A stretch of 64,000 bases of DNA, from assembly GCA_001244265.2 (NCBI GenBank), contig LN717261.1:1255591-1319590 (forward strand), read 5' to 3'. The position numbers and the translations under genes are program-made. Positions within the stretch are counted from its first letter, which is position 1, and each line of letters starts with the position of its first letter. A model generated the notes under the pieces. It was not told where the DNA came from. It made no database searches and was given only the letters and a program-made list of their open reading frames with translations. The stretch comes from Microbotryum violaceum (Eukaryota). This document shows, one piece after another, positions 1 to 13,168 of the stretch.

Positions 1-52
1 ACCGTCCCACTGGTTGAGCAGATGCGAACTCAGGCCGAAGCTGATGAGTTCA

Positions 53-751
53 ATCTTTCTCACAAATGGACGTGCGGTAGGCATCATGGTGGATAACGCA
101 ATGAAGTCAATCGCTGCGAGGTACCCGGCAGTGTTCTATCCCGCTTCCAAGAGGAAAATACCCTCTGGGAACAGATTGGAGCAACCTGGCCCCCAGGTCG
201 AACAGTCACTTGGTGACGGGCAGGCTGAGCCTGAGGCGATGGAAGGCTGCGAGCTTATTGGTGCCAGAACAATTCAGCAAGAGAAACTGAGTGTGCTTTT
301 CAAGAAGCTCTGATCACCTACATCAATTGTACATACGCCCTTGAGCCCAACAAAAGGACGGTATGTACCAAAATCTTGTCTGAAGGGCTTCTCATCAGGT
401 GCTTTCATGGTGGCATTCTCATTGATATGATGGCCCATGTCACAGCTCGCCGCGGCCAGAAAACTGCTACCAAAGGATTTGACGATTGCCTACACTGCCA
501 TATTGAATGGAAGCGGGATCGTTGGATCTAGCCAACCGTCGCCCCGGGGCCCATCTCGCCAAGAGGCTTTCACGGTGCGCACTACCAGGCGCAATTGCTC
601 GTGGATATTGGTTAGTGGATCGTCAGGATCATCAGGAAACTCTTTGCGAGTGCTGAGCTGTGTGCCCCGCCACTGCCGGGTACCTCGCAGCGATTGACTT
701 CATTGCGTTATCCACCATGATGCCTACCGCACGTCCATTTGTGAGAAAGAT
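53..751. repeat. Perfect 81-bp inverted repeat (arms 53-133 and 671-751) around a 537-bp spacer
   Basis: ATCTTTCTCACAAATGG...GTACCCGGCAGTG at 53-133 is the exact reverse complement of CACTGCCGGGTAC...CCATTTGTGAGAAAGAT at 671-751. The right arm abuts the truncation point of Gypsy copy 1. Confidence 0.9.
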
Positions 752-802
752 GACGAGATTCTGTCGGTCTGCTCAAACGCGCGATTCTGGGGGAAGATCG
801 AC

Positions 803-3346
803 ATGACAAACTCCTTCTTCCAAACCAAGATGGCCGAGGATGACATCCGGAAGACGGCGATTGTGACACCGTGGGGATTGTACGAGTGGACGGTAATGCC
901 AATGGGACTCTGCAACGCCCTGGCAACGCATCAGCGCCGAGTCAACGAGGCACTCAGAGACCTTATCGGGAGCGTGTGTTTCGTGTACCTCGATGACATC
1001 ACAATCTTTGCCGACACCTTGGAGGAACATGAACGGCCGGTGCGACTAGTCCTGGAGGCGCTGAGACGGGCGGATCTGTACGTATCGCCGAAGAAGACGG
1101 AACTGTTTGCTGCCGAGTGCTTTTTCCTCGGCCACCAGATCACTCGGGAAGGCATCAAGGTCGATCCTGACAAGGTGGAGCGGATCCAACAGTGGCCGCG
1201 ACCAAGGACGGTGAAGCAATTGCGGGGATTCCTAGGTCTGGTGCAGTATCTGCGGAAGTTCATCGACAAGCTTGCGGATTTGACGGCGGTTTTAGTCCCG
1301 CTGACACGGAAAGGGGTGCATGTCGACGAAGGCTGGACGGGAGAGCACGACAAGGCGTTTGAGGCAATCAAGTCCTTGGTGGGCAACCTTCCTTCTCTAC
1401 ATCCCATTGACCATTCCGACAAGGGCGACCCATTATGGCTGATGACGGACGCGAGCAATCGGGGAATTGGGGCGGCACTCAGTCAAGGAAAGCAATGGCA
1501 GACGGCCATGCTGGCAGGCTATTGGTCACGACAGTACAACCCAGCGGAAGGCAACTATGCAGCCCACCAGATGGAATTGCTTGCAATTGTGGACGCCCTT
1601 CATCACTGGCGGGCGGACCTTTTGGGTGTTCGATTCAAGATCCTCACAGACCACCACTCCTTGGCGGGCTTCATGAAGCAACCAAGCCTTTCACGACGAC
1701 AAGCTCAATGGACCGAACGACTGGCCGATTACGACTTCGAGATTGTATATGTACGAGGTCCAGAGAACACAGTGGCTGATGCATTGAGTCGTTACTCCTT
1801 CCCGGAGGAACCCACAGCCGGCCGCCAGGCGAGCAACAATGTCAACGTGCTGGCGGAGGCAACTCTCGATCCTGCCTTCCTTTGCAAACTCAGGGACGGT
1901 TACCGCAAGGACCCGCAATGTCAACAAGCTATCAAGAACATTGACTCAACACCACGCTACTCAGTCGACAATGGAATCGCACGGTTTGAAGGACGGATCC
2001 TCCTGCCAAAGACGGGGAACTTTCGGGAGGACGCGCTACATGACGCGCATGATGCCGCAGGCCATTTTGGACTACACAAGACGTATGAACACCTACGCCG
2101 CAACTTTGTCTGGTCGGGAATGAAGGATGCAGGCAAAGATTACGTTGAGTCCTGTGCTGCTTGTCAGACAATGAAGATGCATGGCACCGGTTTTGCCGGT
2201 CGGATCCACAATTTGAATGTGCCTGACCGGCCAATGCGGGAAGTTGGCCTAGACTTTGTTGGGCCACTTGTACCTAGCAATGGTAATGACGCACTGCTTA
2301 CGGTAACAGATCGCCTTTCAGGCTACGTTCGCCTCATCCCCTGCCGCACGACGGACAACGCGACTACCACGGCGGACCGGTTCTTTGAGGGGTGGCATCA
2401 ACACTTCGGCATGCCACGAGTGCTGGTCTCCGACCGCGACAGGCTCTTCACAAGCGAGTTCTGGCGAGCGTACATGGGCCAGCTGGGAACGAAACTGGCA
2501 ACATCGACGTCTTTCCACCCACAAACGGATGGCCGAAGCGAGCGAACAAATCGGACCGTGATCCAAGTCCTGCGAACAATGGTCAACCGACGGCAAAATG
2601 ACTGGTCAAAGCACTTGGCTACGGTGGAGTTTGTGATCAACTCCAGTATGAACAGGTCGACGGGGAAGACGCCATTTGAAGTGGTACTTGGGTTCACACC
2701 GGAGCTGACACCGATCACCCCAGTGGAGGGCTCAACCATGTCACAGGCAGTCAAATCCATCGTGGAACAACGTGAAGCAGCGGTTGCGGAAGCCCGAGAC
2801 AATTTGGCAATTGCAAAGATCCGACAGGCCAACCAGAGCAACAAGGCGAGGAAACCGGAGCCCGGGTTTGCAGTTGGCGACATGGTCTTAGTTGACTCGC
2901 GGGATCGACGACTGCGGTACAAGGCCGATGGGGAAGCACGGTCAGCCAAACTCTTTCCCCGGTTTGACGGCCCCTATGAAGTCCTAGCAGCACGACCCGA
3001 AACCTCAAATTACAAGCTGAAGCTCAAGGCGGGGGACAAGTTGCACAACGTCTTCCACGCCTCCAAGCTCCGACGCTGGGTAAAGAACAATGGGGTAGTG
3101 TTCCCAGGACGAGAGGCAACGGAACCAGCGGCCATTATCGTCCAAGGAAACGAGGAATGGGAGGTAGAACGGATTGTGGACGAAAAGGGGAAGGGGTCAA
3201 GGAAGAGGTTCTTGGTGAAATGGAAGGGGTGGGCAGACAGCGACAACACATGGGAGCCATGCTCACACCTGGAAGACACCGCAGCGTTGGAAGAGTGGGA
3301 GAGTGGGAAGGCGGGGGGAGGACAAGGCAAGGAGCGGAGGGTGTAA
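803..3346 (+). CDS. Gypsy Pol, partial: RT, RNase H, integrase, chromodomain
   Basis: RT motifs MPMGLCNA and YLDD; RNase H motifs TDAS, ELLAIV, TDH, ADALSR; HHCC zinc finger; integrase core LDFVG/SDRD/DGRSER; C-terminal chromodomain [10 protein letters not shown]...[15 protein letters not shown]. Coding similarity starts at 752, upstream of the called ATG. Confidence 0.95.
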   Translation: MTNSFFQTKMAEDDIRKTAIVTPWGLYEWTVMPMGLCNALATHQRRVNEALRDLIGSVCFVYLDDITIFADTLEEHERPVRLVLEALRRADLYVSPKKTELFAAECFFLGHQITREGIKVDPDKVERIQQWPRPRTVKQLRGFLGLVQYLRKFIDKLADLTAVLVPLTRKGVHVDEGWTGEHDKAFEAIKSLVGNLPSLHPIDHSDKGDPLWLMTDASNRGIGAALSQGKQWQTAMLAGYWSRQYNPAEGNYAAHQMELLAIVDALHHWRADLLGVRFKILTDHHSLAGFMKQPSLSRRQAQWTERLADYDFEIVYVRGPENTVADALSRYSFPEEPTAGRQASNNVNVLAEATLDPAFLCKLRDGYRKDPQCQQAIKNIDSTPRYSVDNGIARFEGRILLPKTGNFREDALHDAHDAAGHFGLHKTYEHLRRNFVWSGMKDAGKDYVESCAACQTMKMHGTGFAGRIHNLNVPDRPMREVGLDFVGPLVPSNGNDALLTVTDRLSGYVRLIPCRTTDNATTTADRFFEGWHQHFGMPRVLVSDRDRLFTSEFWRAYMGQLGTKLATSTSFHPQTDGRSERTNRTVIQVLRTMVNRRQNDWSKHLATVEFVINSSMNRSTGKTPFEVVLGFTPELTPITPVEGSTMSQAVKSIVEQREAAVAEARDNLAIAKIRQANQSNKARKPEPGFAVGDMVLVDSRDRRLRYKADGEARSAKLFPRFDGPYEVLAARPETSNYKLKLKAGDKLHNVFHASKLRRWVKNNGVVFPGREATEPAAIIVQGNEEWEVERIVDEKGKGSRKRFLVKWKGWADSDNTWEPCSHLEDTAALEEWESGKAGGGQGKERRV

Positions 3347-3380
3347 GGAGGGAGGGGAGTTTGGTTTAGGTGGTGGAGAG

Positions 3381-3603
3381 TGTAAGGCCCGTGCGCCTGG
3401 GCCTTAGGAAGAGGGGACGCGCGCCTGGGCACTCTTAGTCTCTCTCCAGCGACTGATACGAGTGTCCAGGTGAGCACAAGGTGGATCAGAAGGCATTGTC
3501 ATACCAGCGACTGATACGAGTGTCCAGTGTCAATTCTACATACTTTGGTCCTGTGATCCTTGTCGTCGTCGCTCAGGTGTACACTCCAACGGGGTGTATT
3601 ACA
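3381..3603 (+). repeat. Gypsy LTR (223 bp) with a 24-bp direct repeat bracketing a 58-nt GT-AG intron-like segment (3470-3527)
   Basis: TG...CA ends with TGTAA/TTACA terminal inverted repeat; same sequence as 45524-45746 and 50404-50626 on the minus strand. Confidence 0.95.
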
Positions 3604-4964
3604 GTATCCAAGGGAGCGCAAAGTTGAGTCAACCTCCGCGTTCCAGATGGTGCCCGCTTGGCGAAGTCCGTAGATGGATTTGGACAGCCTGAGGATCTTG
3701 CCAGGCATGTCGATGCCTTGTGGAACGCGCATGTAGAGAGGCTTGTCAAATTTGCCGTGGAGGTACATCTTGTTGACGTTGGCTTGATGGACATGGTAGC
3801 CGTTGGCCGCGGCGAGGGCAATGAGAGCCCAAATGGACGTGAACTTGATGACGGGGGCATAGTTCTGCTCGAAGTTGATGCCAGGTTGTTGGGCACAACC
3901 GGGGGCGACGAGACGAGCCTTGCGATCGATGATGTCCCCGTGCTGGTTGCGTTTAGTTCGGAACACCCAGCCCGACCGTAAGAGGATCTCACCCGCGGGG
4001 AGCTCACAGGAGTCAATGACTTCAAACACCTTGTATTCATTGAGAAGTGAATCGAATTCGTCGTGTGCCGGGCCACCCCACGTGTCCTGTTGTCCCAATC
4101 GGATGACATTGCCCCAATTGGCTGGATCTCGGACAATGGATAAGTTGTGCTCCGCAAAGCCGGCTTTGGTGGACGCGAAGGCACGGAGCATGCCTTGGAA
4201 GGCAGGAGTGGGTCCATCAGGTCCGCCAACAAGGTCTTCCCACGTGATGAGGGTGGGAACGAGTTGGCGGCGAGTCCGGGGGCCAGCGATGATGTTCCGA
4301 GCGTCGATTTCACCGTACTTCCCTGGATTGGGACCAACCTTGGCAACATCGCCGTACTCCCAAGTGGGCTTGACTTTGGCGAGTGGAGCTGGTTCCGGTG
4401 GTGCTGGTTCCGGAGGACGCTGCGGCAGGTGGATCGAAGAAGTGGCATTGTTGTCAAGCGAAGGCGGCTGGGTGGGTTCAACGAGCACGGGAGGTAACGG
4501 CGTTGCCGGAGCGTCGGCAGGTGGAGGACGGGGATAGAAACCCGGAACGGAAGGCGGTGTGACGCGGGCGGGAACGGCAACGAAGGGGAACTCGGTTTCG
4601 AGGAACGTCACATTCCGGCTCAAACTCACGCGCATCGAGGAGGGATCGAGAAGGCGCCAGGCTTTCGCGTGTCGATCGTAACCCACAAAGACCAGCGGAA
4701 TCCCTTTTGGGTTGAGTTTGTCCCGACAATGAGCCAGCACGGTGGCCCAGGCGCAACAACCAAATGCTCGAAGCGCTCCCACGGTTGGGGGGTGCCTGAC
4801 CAGCAACAATTTGGTACTCCTCCCTTGAGAGCTGCATGAGGCAAAAGGTTCTTGGTGTGGATGTAACACATGGCAGCCTCGTCCCAGCACGTACGTGAGA
4901 GTCCCGAGTCAATCAGTAAAGCCAGGGTGCCGTCCACAATAGATCGGTTGAGCTGCTCGGCTCA

Positions 4965-6842
<1,878 letters not shown>

Positions 6843-7374
6843 TGAGTAGGCCTGGGCATCGCTAGGCGCATAGCGTGCGGCGAGCGCGAGCCAGCAGTCG
6901 TGCGCCGAGCCACCCGTTTGAATGAGTGGCCCGATGGTGGCTTTGGTCGTGACCGTGAGCGAGGACGCAAGCGCTCGGGCCGCGTAATCCTCCCAGCGCG
7001 TGTGGTAGGCGGGTGGCCAAGAAGGGTCGTGCTGGCCCTTGCGAAGGTAGGCGCAGACCTCGTGAGCGTAGGTAGTCGACATTGCGAGGTCCCAGTCAAA
7101 GTAGTTATCCTCGGTGAGCTTCGAGTCATCGGGGAAGGCGGGAGGGTTGACGGGGGGGAGAAGGTGACGCATGGAGATTGCGTTGTCTTCCTGCGCTTGT
7201 GCGGGGCGTTGGTTCTTTACGAGAGCGTCGTATTGCTCCTTGGTGAGCGTGACGACGGTGGCGGGGGCGACATCGAAGGGCTGGTTCGACGTTGATGACG
7301 ATGGTGGAGGAGGAGGCGTGGATGCCATGCCACCGATATCATCAGAGTTGCCCCGAGCAGGTTGGCTCATAACC

Positions 7375-7599
7375 TATTAGAACCTAAAGCCGAGGCACGA
7401 GATACGTTTAGTACGAGAGCCGAGGATGATAGTAAAGACAGTTGTAGGTATTGCAAAGTAACTAACCTAAAGCCGAGGCACGAGATACGTTTAGTACGAG
7501 AGGCGAGGATGATAGTAAAGACAGTTGGAGAAAGAAGAGAAGCGCAGAGTAGGAGCGCGCGAGGCAAGCAATAGCCGCATGAGGCGACTAATATCAACA
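7375..7599 (-). repeat. Copia A 5' LTR (225 bp, TG...TA) with a 64-bp direct repeat and an 83-nt intron-like segment (7466-7384)
   Basis: Starts TGTTGATA, ends TCTAATA directly before the PBS; repeat copies at 7464-7527 and 7381-7444. Confidence 0.9.
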
Positions 7600-9083
7600 A
7601 CTAGTAACTAATCATGATCGGTAGTAGAAGTGGGATGAAACAGCAATATACACTCTGACAATATCGAAAGCCGTCAAATAGATCGGCAATCACCGATGGG
7701 TCTCTGTTGCCGCGTTGGCGATCATATTCCGCACGGTATCGCATGTTCTTTGAGAACTCTCTGTCTCGATGATGCATGCGAAGATAAGAATTGGGTGACA
7801 GGTACGCGAAAGTTGTTTTGGCTCTGCGGTCCGTGTCGCTCACGTAGCGCGAAGAACCGCAGTGGGCGCACTCCTCGTCATACTGAGTAGGGCCATAGTA
7901 CGCCATGCACGAATTTTCGCAATAGTCAATGTGCAAGTACTCCAGGCCTAAATGATTCGGTGGAGAAGAACTGGCTCAGTCAAGGATTCTTGAACTTTGT
8001 AGACTATGTATGGCACTTGCAGACTCAACCCCCCCCCCCCACTCTAGGGCAGTTTTTCTAAGCTGCCTGAAGGGCGGTATATTGTGTCCGGCGCAATACA
8101 GGTCCGCCATCTTCCTTGTAACCCGCGCCTCGATGAGCCAGCTGAAATGATTTAACTCATCACTTTCGAATTCGAGCATCCTACACGCGTCTGGGAGGGG
8201 AGGCAACCAATAGCAGAGGAGTCAGGTTGGGTCCGGCACTCATGGTTGCAATGAAGGCGACCAGGACCTACCCTTTTGCGCATCTAAGGCCTCCAGAATC
8301 ATGTCGTCACGCAGTTGACCAACCGGTGACGAAGCCGACCAATTACTGTGGAGCTCATTGTCGGAGGAGTCTTCGATGTCGTCATCACTGGAGGGCATCT
8401 CTTCAGCTGTCTGCGCCGGGCTTGTCGGCTCGTCTTCGTCGGATGCGCACCAAAGGTCCCCTTGAAACTCTTGTTCCTCGAATCCAGACGATCCGATCGG
8501 GTGAGCGGGGTTCGATGCCCTCATCTTGGTCGCTGTCACTACTAAACTCCGTTCCTGAAGGGGATGAGGTGGGAGGGCTGTTGACTCTCGAGCGTGACGG
8601 GTGTGATAGAGACCCCTCCGCCCCGGGACTTGCGGAAAAGGGCACAGGGGAGCTGTTCAAGTCGCCTGCCTCGGTCCAGTCATACTCATTGGATCCATCT
8701 ACCTGGTGGCGAGGAGCGAAGCGCAAACCGCCATCAGACGCCAGGTAGGTACCGGGGAAGATGCCAACGCGTGCGTGGCCCTCAACTTCTTGCGAAGCTT
8801 GCCTCTTCAAAGCATATTGGCGCCTCGGTGTGGGCGAGTCGAAGTGTAGGTCATGCTTGTCAAAGGGCGAGCTTCCAGGACTCGGCAATGTTGTACGCTC
8901 GGATGAGAATCGTTCTTGCTTTGAGTGACGCCATATGGTCGAACTTGACACCGATTTGCCTTGTGGACCGCACAGTGGGCAATGGCAGAGACGAAGATCG
9001 GTGACTGGCTCTCCTGCTGGAGGCGGCGGCGAAGGCGAGATCTCACAGGGGCTGTCGACGTTGGGAGAGAGCAATGATGCCAT
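7600..9083 (-). pseudogene. CACTA/EnSpm-like transposase, N-terminal part, intron-containing, truncated by Copia A
   Basis: N-terminal CHCPLC...STIWRH and the Cys-rich block IDYCENSCMAY...CAHCGSSRY...FAYLS...MRYRA...IADLFDG, which typically precedes the Transposase_21/Tnp2 domain. Confidence 0.75.
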
Positions 9084-9637
9084 GCCGGCAAGTACTATCT
9101 GAGAGAAGTCGGATATCGGAGTAGGGGGGGAAGTGGCAAGGGAGAACTAGGGTTAACGCGGATCCCGTCACATCCTGGGCGTCACAACGAGCCGTTCACT
9201 AGCCGCGCGGTTATCCGAACCGTTGAGGGCGCGCCGGCTTTAGGGGCGGCGCGCTAAGGCCCGCTTCTCGATTGCGCCACTCAAGAGCAAAACAACAATC
9301 GAAGACTTCACGGGAGCGCGCCTGTCCCACTCTTCCCCTCTTTCCTTCCCGTCGCCGCCGTTCCCCGCCGCTCCCCCTTATATCTCCTTGTGTTACTTAC
9401 GCGGGGCCGTACAGCCCGTGAAAACTCACGGAGACAGCAATGGCACCTGACACTGATCGTTGTAAGCCCCTCTTTGGTACCCCCGCCTCCACAGCGAAGC
9501 TCTTTGTTTACTTCTCCTAGTTGAATGACTGACACGGTGGCGGAGAAGCTAGCGCCTTGCTCACGTTCATGACTGTTACCGCTACAATGAGGCTGATCAA
9601 AACTGCATTGTTGGTCACTTGACCGACCACGCCACCT

Positions 9638-10652
9638 GTGTTTTCCCTAACCCTGGCAATGCAACCTCGAGCACTGAGAGCGATCACGGGAGCGGACTTC
9701 AAGGGGGCAAAAGGTATCTCATTTCCCAACTTCTTGATGGCAAACAGAGTAGTTCGCCATCTTCATTATCTCTACTTCCGAGTAAGTCGCATCTCGATTC
9801 TTGTTGATGTTGATGTCGCTGCCTCCACTCATAATTCCGGGCTACAGGGCGTGGTCAGAAACGAGATGGCTCGAGGGGGCATCGAGCTTGAGGCTGCTCC
9901 CCTCTTTCTGTATGGGCGCGGTTCTTGCAACCCTGATTGGGTTCCTCTGCCGCCTGACACCGACGAGGACGTGACGGAAAAGTTTGATTTACCCTTGACT
10001 GTTCAAACGATCACGGCGCACAAGTCTTTAATTCTAACGACATGGAAGGCGATACCGATGGACACTCGCGCAGCCGTAAGAGCTGCTGTAAGGCTACATT
10101 ATGTAGTGGGTTGGCATTGTACGGCTTGCACATTCGCTGACACTGTGTCTTCGACATGTCCTGCCATTGCTCACAGGTTGCCAAGCTCTGCCCCTCCATT
10201 GAAAGAAGGTTTGCCAAGGGTTGGCCCATTAAGCATGCCATGGTGGCAACCCTGAGTAACGCGCGCAAAACATGGGAATCGCGTCACCTCCAGGAGCTTG
10301 CGTCTATGATGCATGTCACATCCCTGCCTCTTCTAGCGCGACTGGTCCGTACAAAGCGACAGGTGCGCACTGCAACGTGGTCCAATCAAATATGGTGTAT
10401 ATATGGACTAACTCGTAATTACGGTAACATCAGGAAGCAGCAATGAGGGCACAGGTTAGTAGGATATAATATACTCACGGGAGCTAGACTGCGTCGAATA
10501 TCGAATTTGGCTCTTATATTCTCTAGGAAGAGTTTGGTGAACCTGGTCTCGACTCGAGCGATTCAGGGGCGGAATCCGAGGATGATGACGATGAGGAGCC
10601 TCTGGACCAAGCCACTCGCAGCGCGCTTCTAGACGAGATGATGTACGACTAA
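9638..10652 (+). CDS. Possible second, divergently transcribed gene of the CACTA element; unknown function, probably spliced
   Basis: 205-aa ORF plus downstream exon-like segments, divergent from the transposase across a GC-rich interval. No recognisable domain. Confidence 0.25.
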
Positions 10653-10977
10653 GAAAGCGTGTGTCTCTGACTTCTCGCCCACCTTTGAATGATGCGGTGG
10701 CTTATAACCCTGTGCTGGCCACAGACCCCTGAATTGTACCCGGGCCCTATTAGAGCGGTCTTTGTAGTCGCTTCCTAGCTGTGAAATCGTAAATAAATCT
10801 CAAATGATTATGTCAAGTAGCGTGATTGAGTGTAGCTGAAGTATGCAACCGCAGTAGCTACTACAGCAATCAATTGCGGTTACTGCTGCACTATTCAAAG
10901 ATCACTTCCTGGCCCAATGAGATGCCAAAACCCCGCTAATGCGCAATTGCGGTCCATCTCATTGAAGTCGCCAAATT

Positions 10978-11128
10978 TGGGGGAATACCCTGCTGCGGCT
11001 CAGGCCAAGCATCTTGGGTATTCCCCGAGGAAGGATGGGGAATACCTCACTCTGCGAGCGGGGGTTTTACTCTGGCGCCTTGGGTAAAATCGCGCTGGGG
11101 TTTTACCCCTCCGCGCGTGCCCCTAGTG
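10978..11128. repeat. Subterminal repeat cluster and candidate CACTA terminus (TAGTG at 11124-11128)
   Basis: Direct and inverted copies of GGGGAATACC / GGTATTCCCC and GGGTTTTAC / GGTAAAA, ending in CCCCTAGTG (reverse complement CACTAGGGG). Confidence 0.45.
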
Positions 11129-11751
11129 GCATGGGGAACACTGCGCCGCCGTCAAGCTCCAAGCCGTCGCCGACCTCGTCGTCCCCGGCATCGACTAAGT
11201 TGCCCCGCTTCGGTCTGCTTGGTCGCTGAGGCTAGCGTCGATGCCAAGGTCCTTGCTTTGAGTTCGGTCAAGGGTGGTCTCGAAATTGACCTGATCGCCT
11301 TCGCCGACGTTGCGGTGAATTTACTTATCCGTCTCACTTGATAGCCCTCTGTGTTGTTCGTTCGGAGCCCCTAACTATTTTGCGTGTTCCATCCTCTATG
11401 TTCCATAAATCTAGGCCTCGACCTTCGTCTTGATCGCCATCGACGTCGAAGCCGCCATTGCACAGGGTATCCCCATCCCCGGCATCTTCTGATCGAGAGA
11501 TCCTCATCATCGCCCCCCACCCCCCGAGCGTCGCGCTCTCAACATTTGAACCTGTGTCCTCGGTCTGGGCGCACCCTTCACCACCTATACCCTAACCTCC
11601 TCTATCTTCGTTTCGTCCCAACTCGGGAGAAGACTTAATAATCTTTTTCGTTCGAGGGGTCTTTAAAGGGGCTCTCTGTCAATGGATGGGTTTGATCCCC
11701 TAACACCACTAAGTTGCGCTCCGGTCCGAGCTTTGAAAACTGTCTCCTGCC

Positions 11752-11906
11752 TGTGAGGCCTGGTCGTCTGGCCTTGCAAGTAAAAGGATACGAGTGTGTA
11801 TTCCAAAGAATAAACTGGTCAAAGCACAAGGTAGAGTCTACTACTTCCCTGCGGTGCGTAAGGCCAGATGCGCGCGTTACGCCGTGATCAATTACCGGGT
11901 ATTACA
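11752..11906. repeat. Diverged solo LTR related to 52416-52566
   Basis: TGTGAGGCC...TATTACA; shares GGATACGAGT.TGTATTCCAAAGAATAAACTGGTC with 52416-52566. No clean 5-bp TSD. Confidence 0.75.
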
Positions 11907-12898
11907 GCCGACCCACAAAGCCACAAAGCATGCAACGGTCCGGAGCTCATTGCACGAGTGTTTGAAGCCAAGTCCGGCAACAAGCAACGGGCAGGATGTT
12001 TCTGCGATGAGTGGAGACATTTCATATGCTGTAATCAATGTGCATTTTACCTCCACTCAGATCATGTAACCGTTCAATTCTCCTGATATATGGGTTTGGA
12101 TTTCAACCTCCCCTAATTTAACGGGGTGCCAGATAAGAGGAGATCGTGAAGTAATTGTACATGATTTGATATGCTTATTTTATACAGAGTTGCCCTAGGT
12201 GCGTTTCCTAGAGTTGGCGATGATTCCACAGCGTCGACTCTCCTGACCACTCGCGCGAGTTGTAGCGGAATAGTGGTTCGAGTTGCAGCAAGACGAAGGA
12301 CAACATTGGTGTAGGAGTTGTTTAACAAATATCTCAAGCGGTGAAAACCCAGCCTTCTGGGGAAAACCGCAAGAAATTGATCTAAACGGAGGAGAGTCCG
12401 AACTTCTTGGTGATACACAGGGATGGTGGGCGGGATGACAGTTGGGAGCTTTGCGACCCAAGCTTCTGGATGTCAGTCGGCTACAACTGATGATGGAGCA
12501 AGTCCACTGATCGTCTCAGCATACCTTTGCGACAAAGGCAAGACACTGTATAAAGACAGTTGGGGCGCGGTTGGTGCAAAGGATGGCAAAGGGTATGCTG
12601 AGAGATATGCGATTTAGCTTGTTGCCCAACAAGGGCCCGGAGCAAAATGCTCCCACAAAGAATCTGCAGGGATCCAAGTGCAAAGCACACCGTGCAACAA
12701 GCTTGGGTGTATCGAAGCACTTACCCCGAGCTACTCTAAGCGAGCCATGTCGAGGGTTTCATACCGAGCTGCCAGCAGCTGTGAACGTCCGGCAAGATGG
12801 AACTCTTGATCAGCGACCTCGTCAGCTGGGATGTAGTCTTGGGAGTGAGGAAGGCACCTGTCCCGTCAGGTGGTGAACGCAGCCATAGAAGCTGGTAA

Positions 12899-13101
12899 GG
12901 AAACGTCGACAACGCAGTGAAGGCCCGAAAGGGAACGTGCGTTGCGAGTACCGCCCGTGAGCTTGCGTGTGGGAAGCACAGCTATAGCATCCACTGGGGG
13001 AAACGTCGACAACGCTGTGAAGGCTCAAAGGGGAACGTGCGTTGCGAGTACCGCCCGTGAGCCCGCGTGTGTGGGAAGCCCAGCTATAGCATCCACGGGG
13101 G
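12899..13101. repeat. Tandem duplication, two units of about 100 bp
   Basis: AAACGTCGACAACGC...GCTATAGCATCCAC starts at 12901 and again at 13001, with few substitutions. Confidence 0.85.
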
Positions 13102-13168
13102 AGAGAGGGTCCGTGCGCGCGAGCCTGAATCGGCGCGTCAAATCCTTGCAGCAAAGCCGAAAAGACCA

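Larger units (their letters stand above)
752..3603 (+). mobile_element. Ty3/Gypsy chromovirus, copy 1 (5'-truncated pol, PPT, 3' LTR)
   Basis: Near-identical to the reverse complement of about 45524-48373. A purine-rich tract (GGTGGTGGAGAG) precedes the LTR TGTAAGG...TATTACA at 3381-3603. Inserted into Copia A RT sequence. Confidence 0.95.

Noticed and set aside
12899-13101. 100-bp tandem repeat as another LTR intron unit
   Set aside because: The units abut with no GT-initiated spacer, no AG end and no LTR termini.
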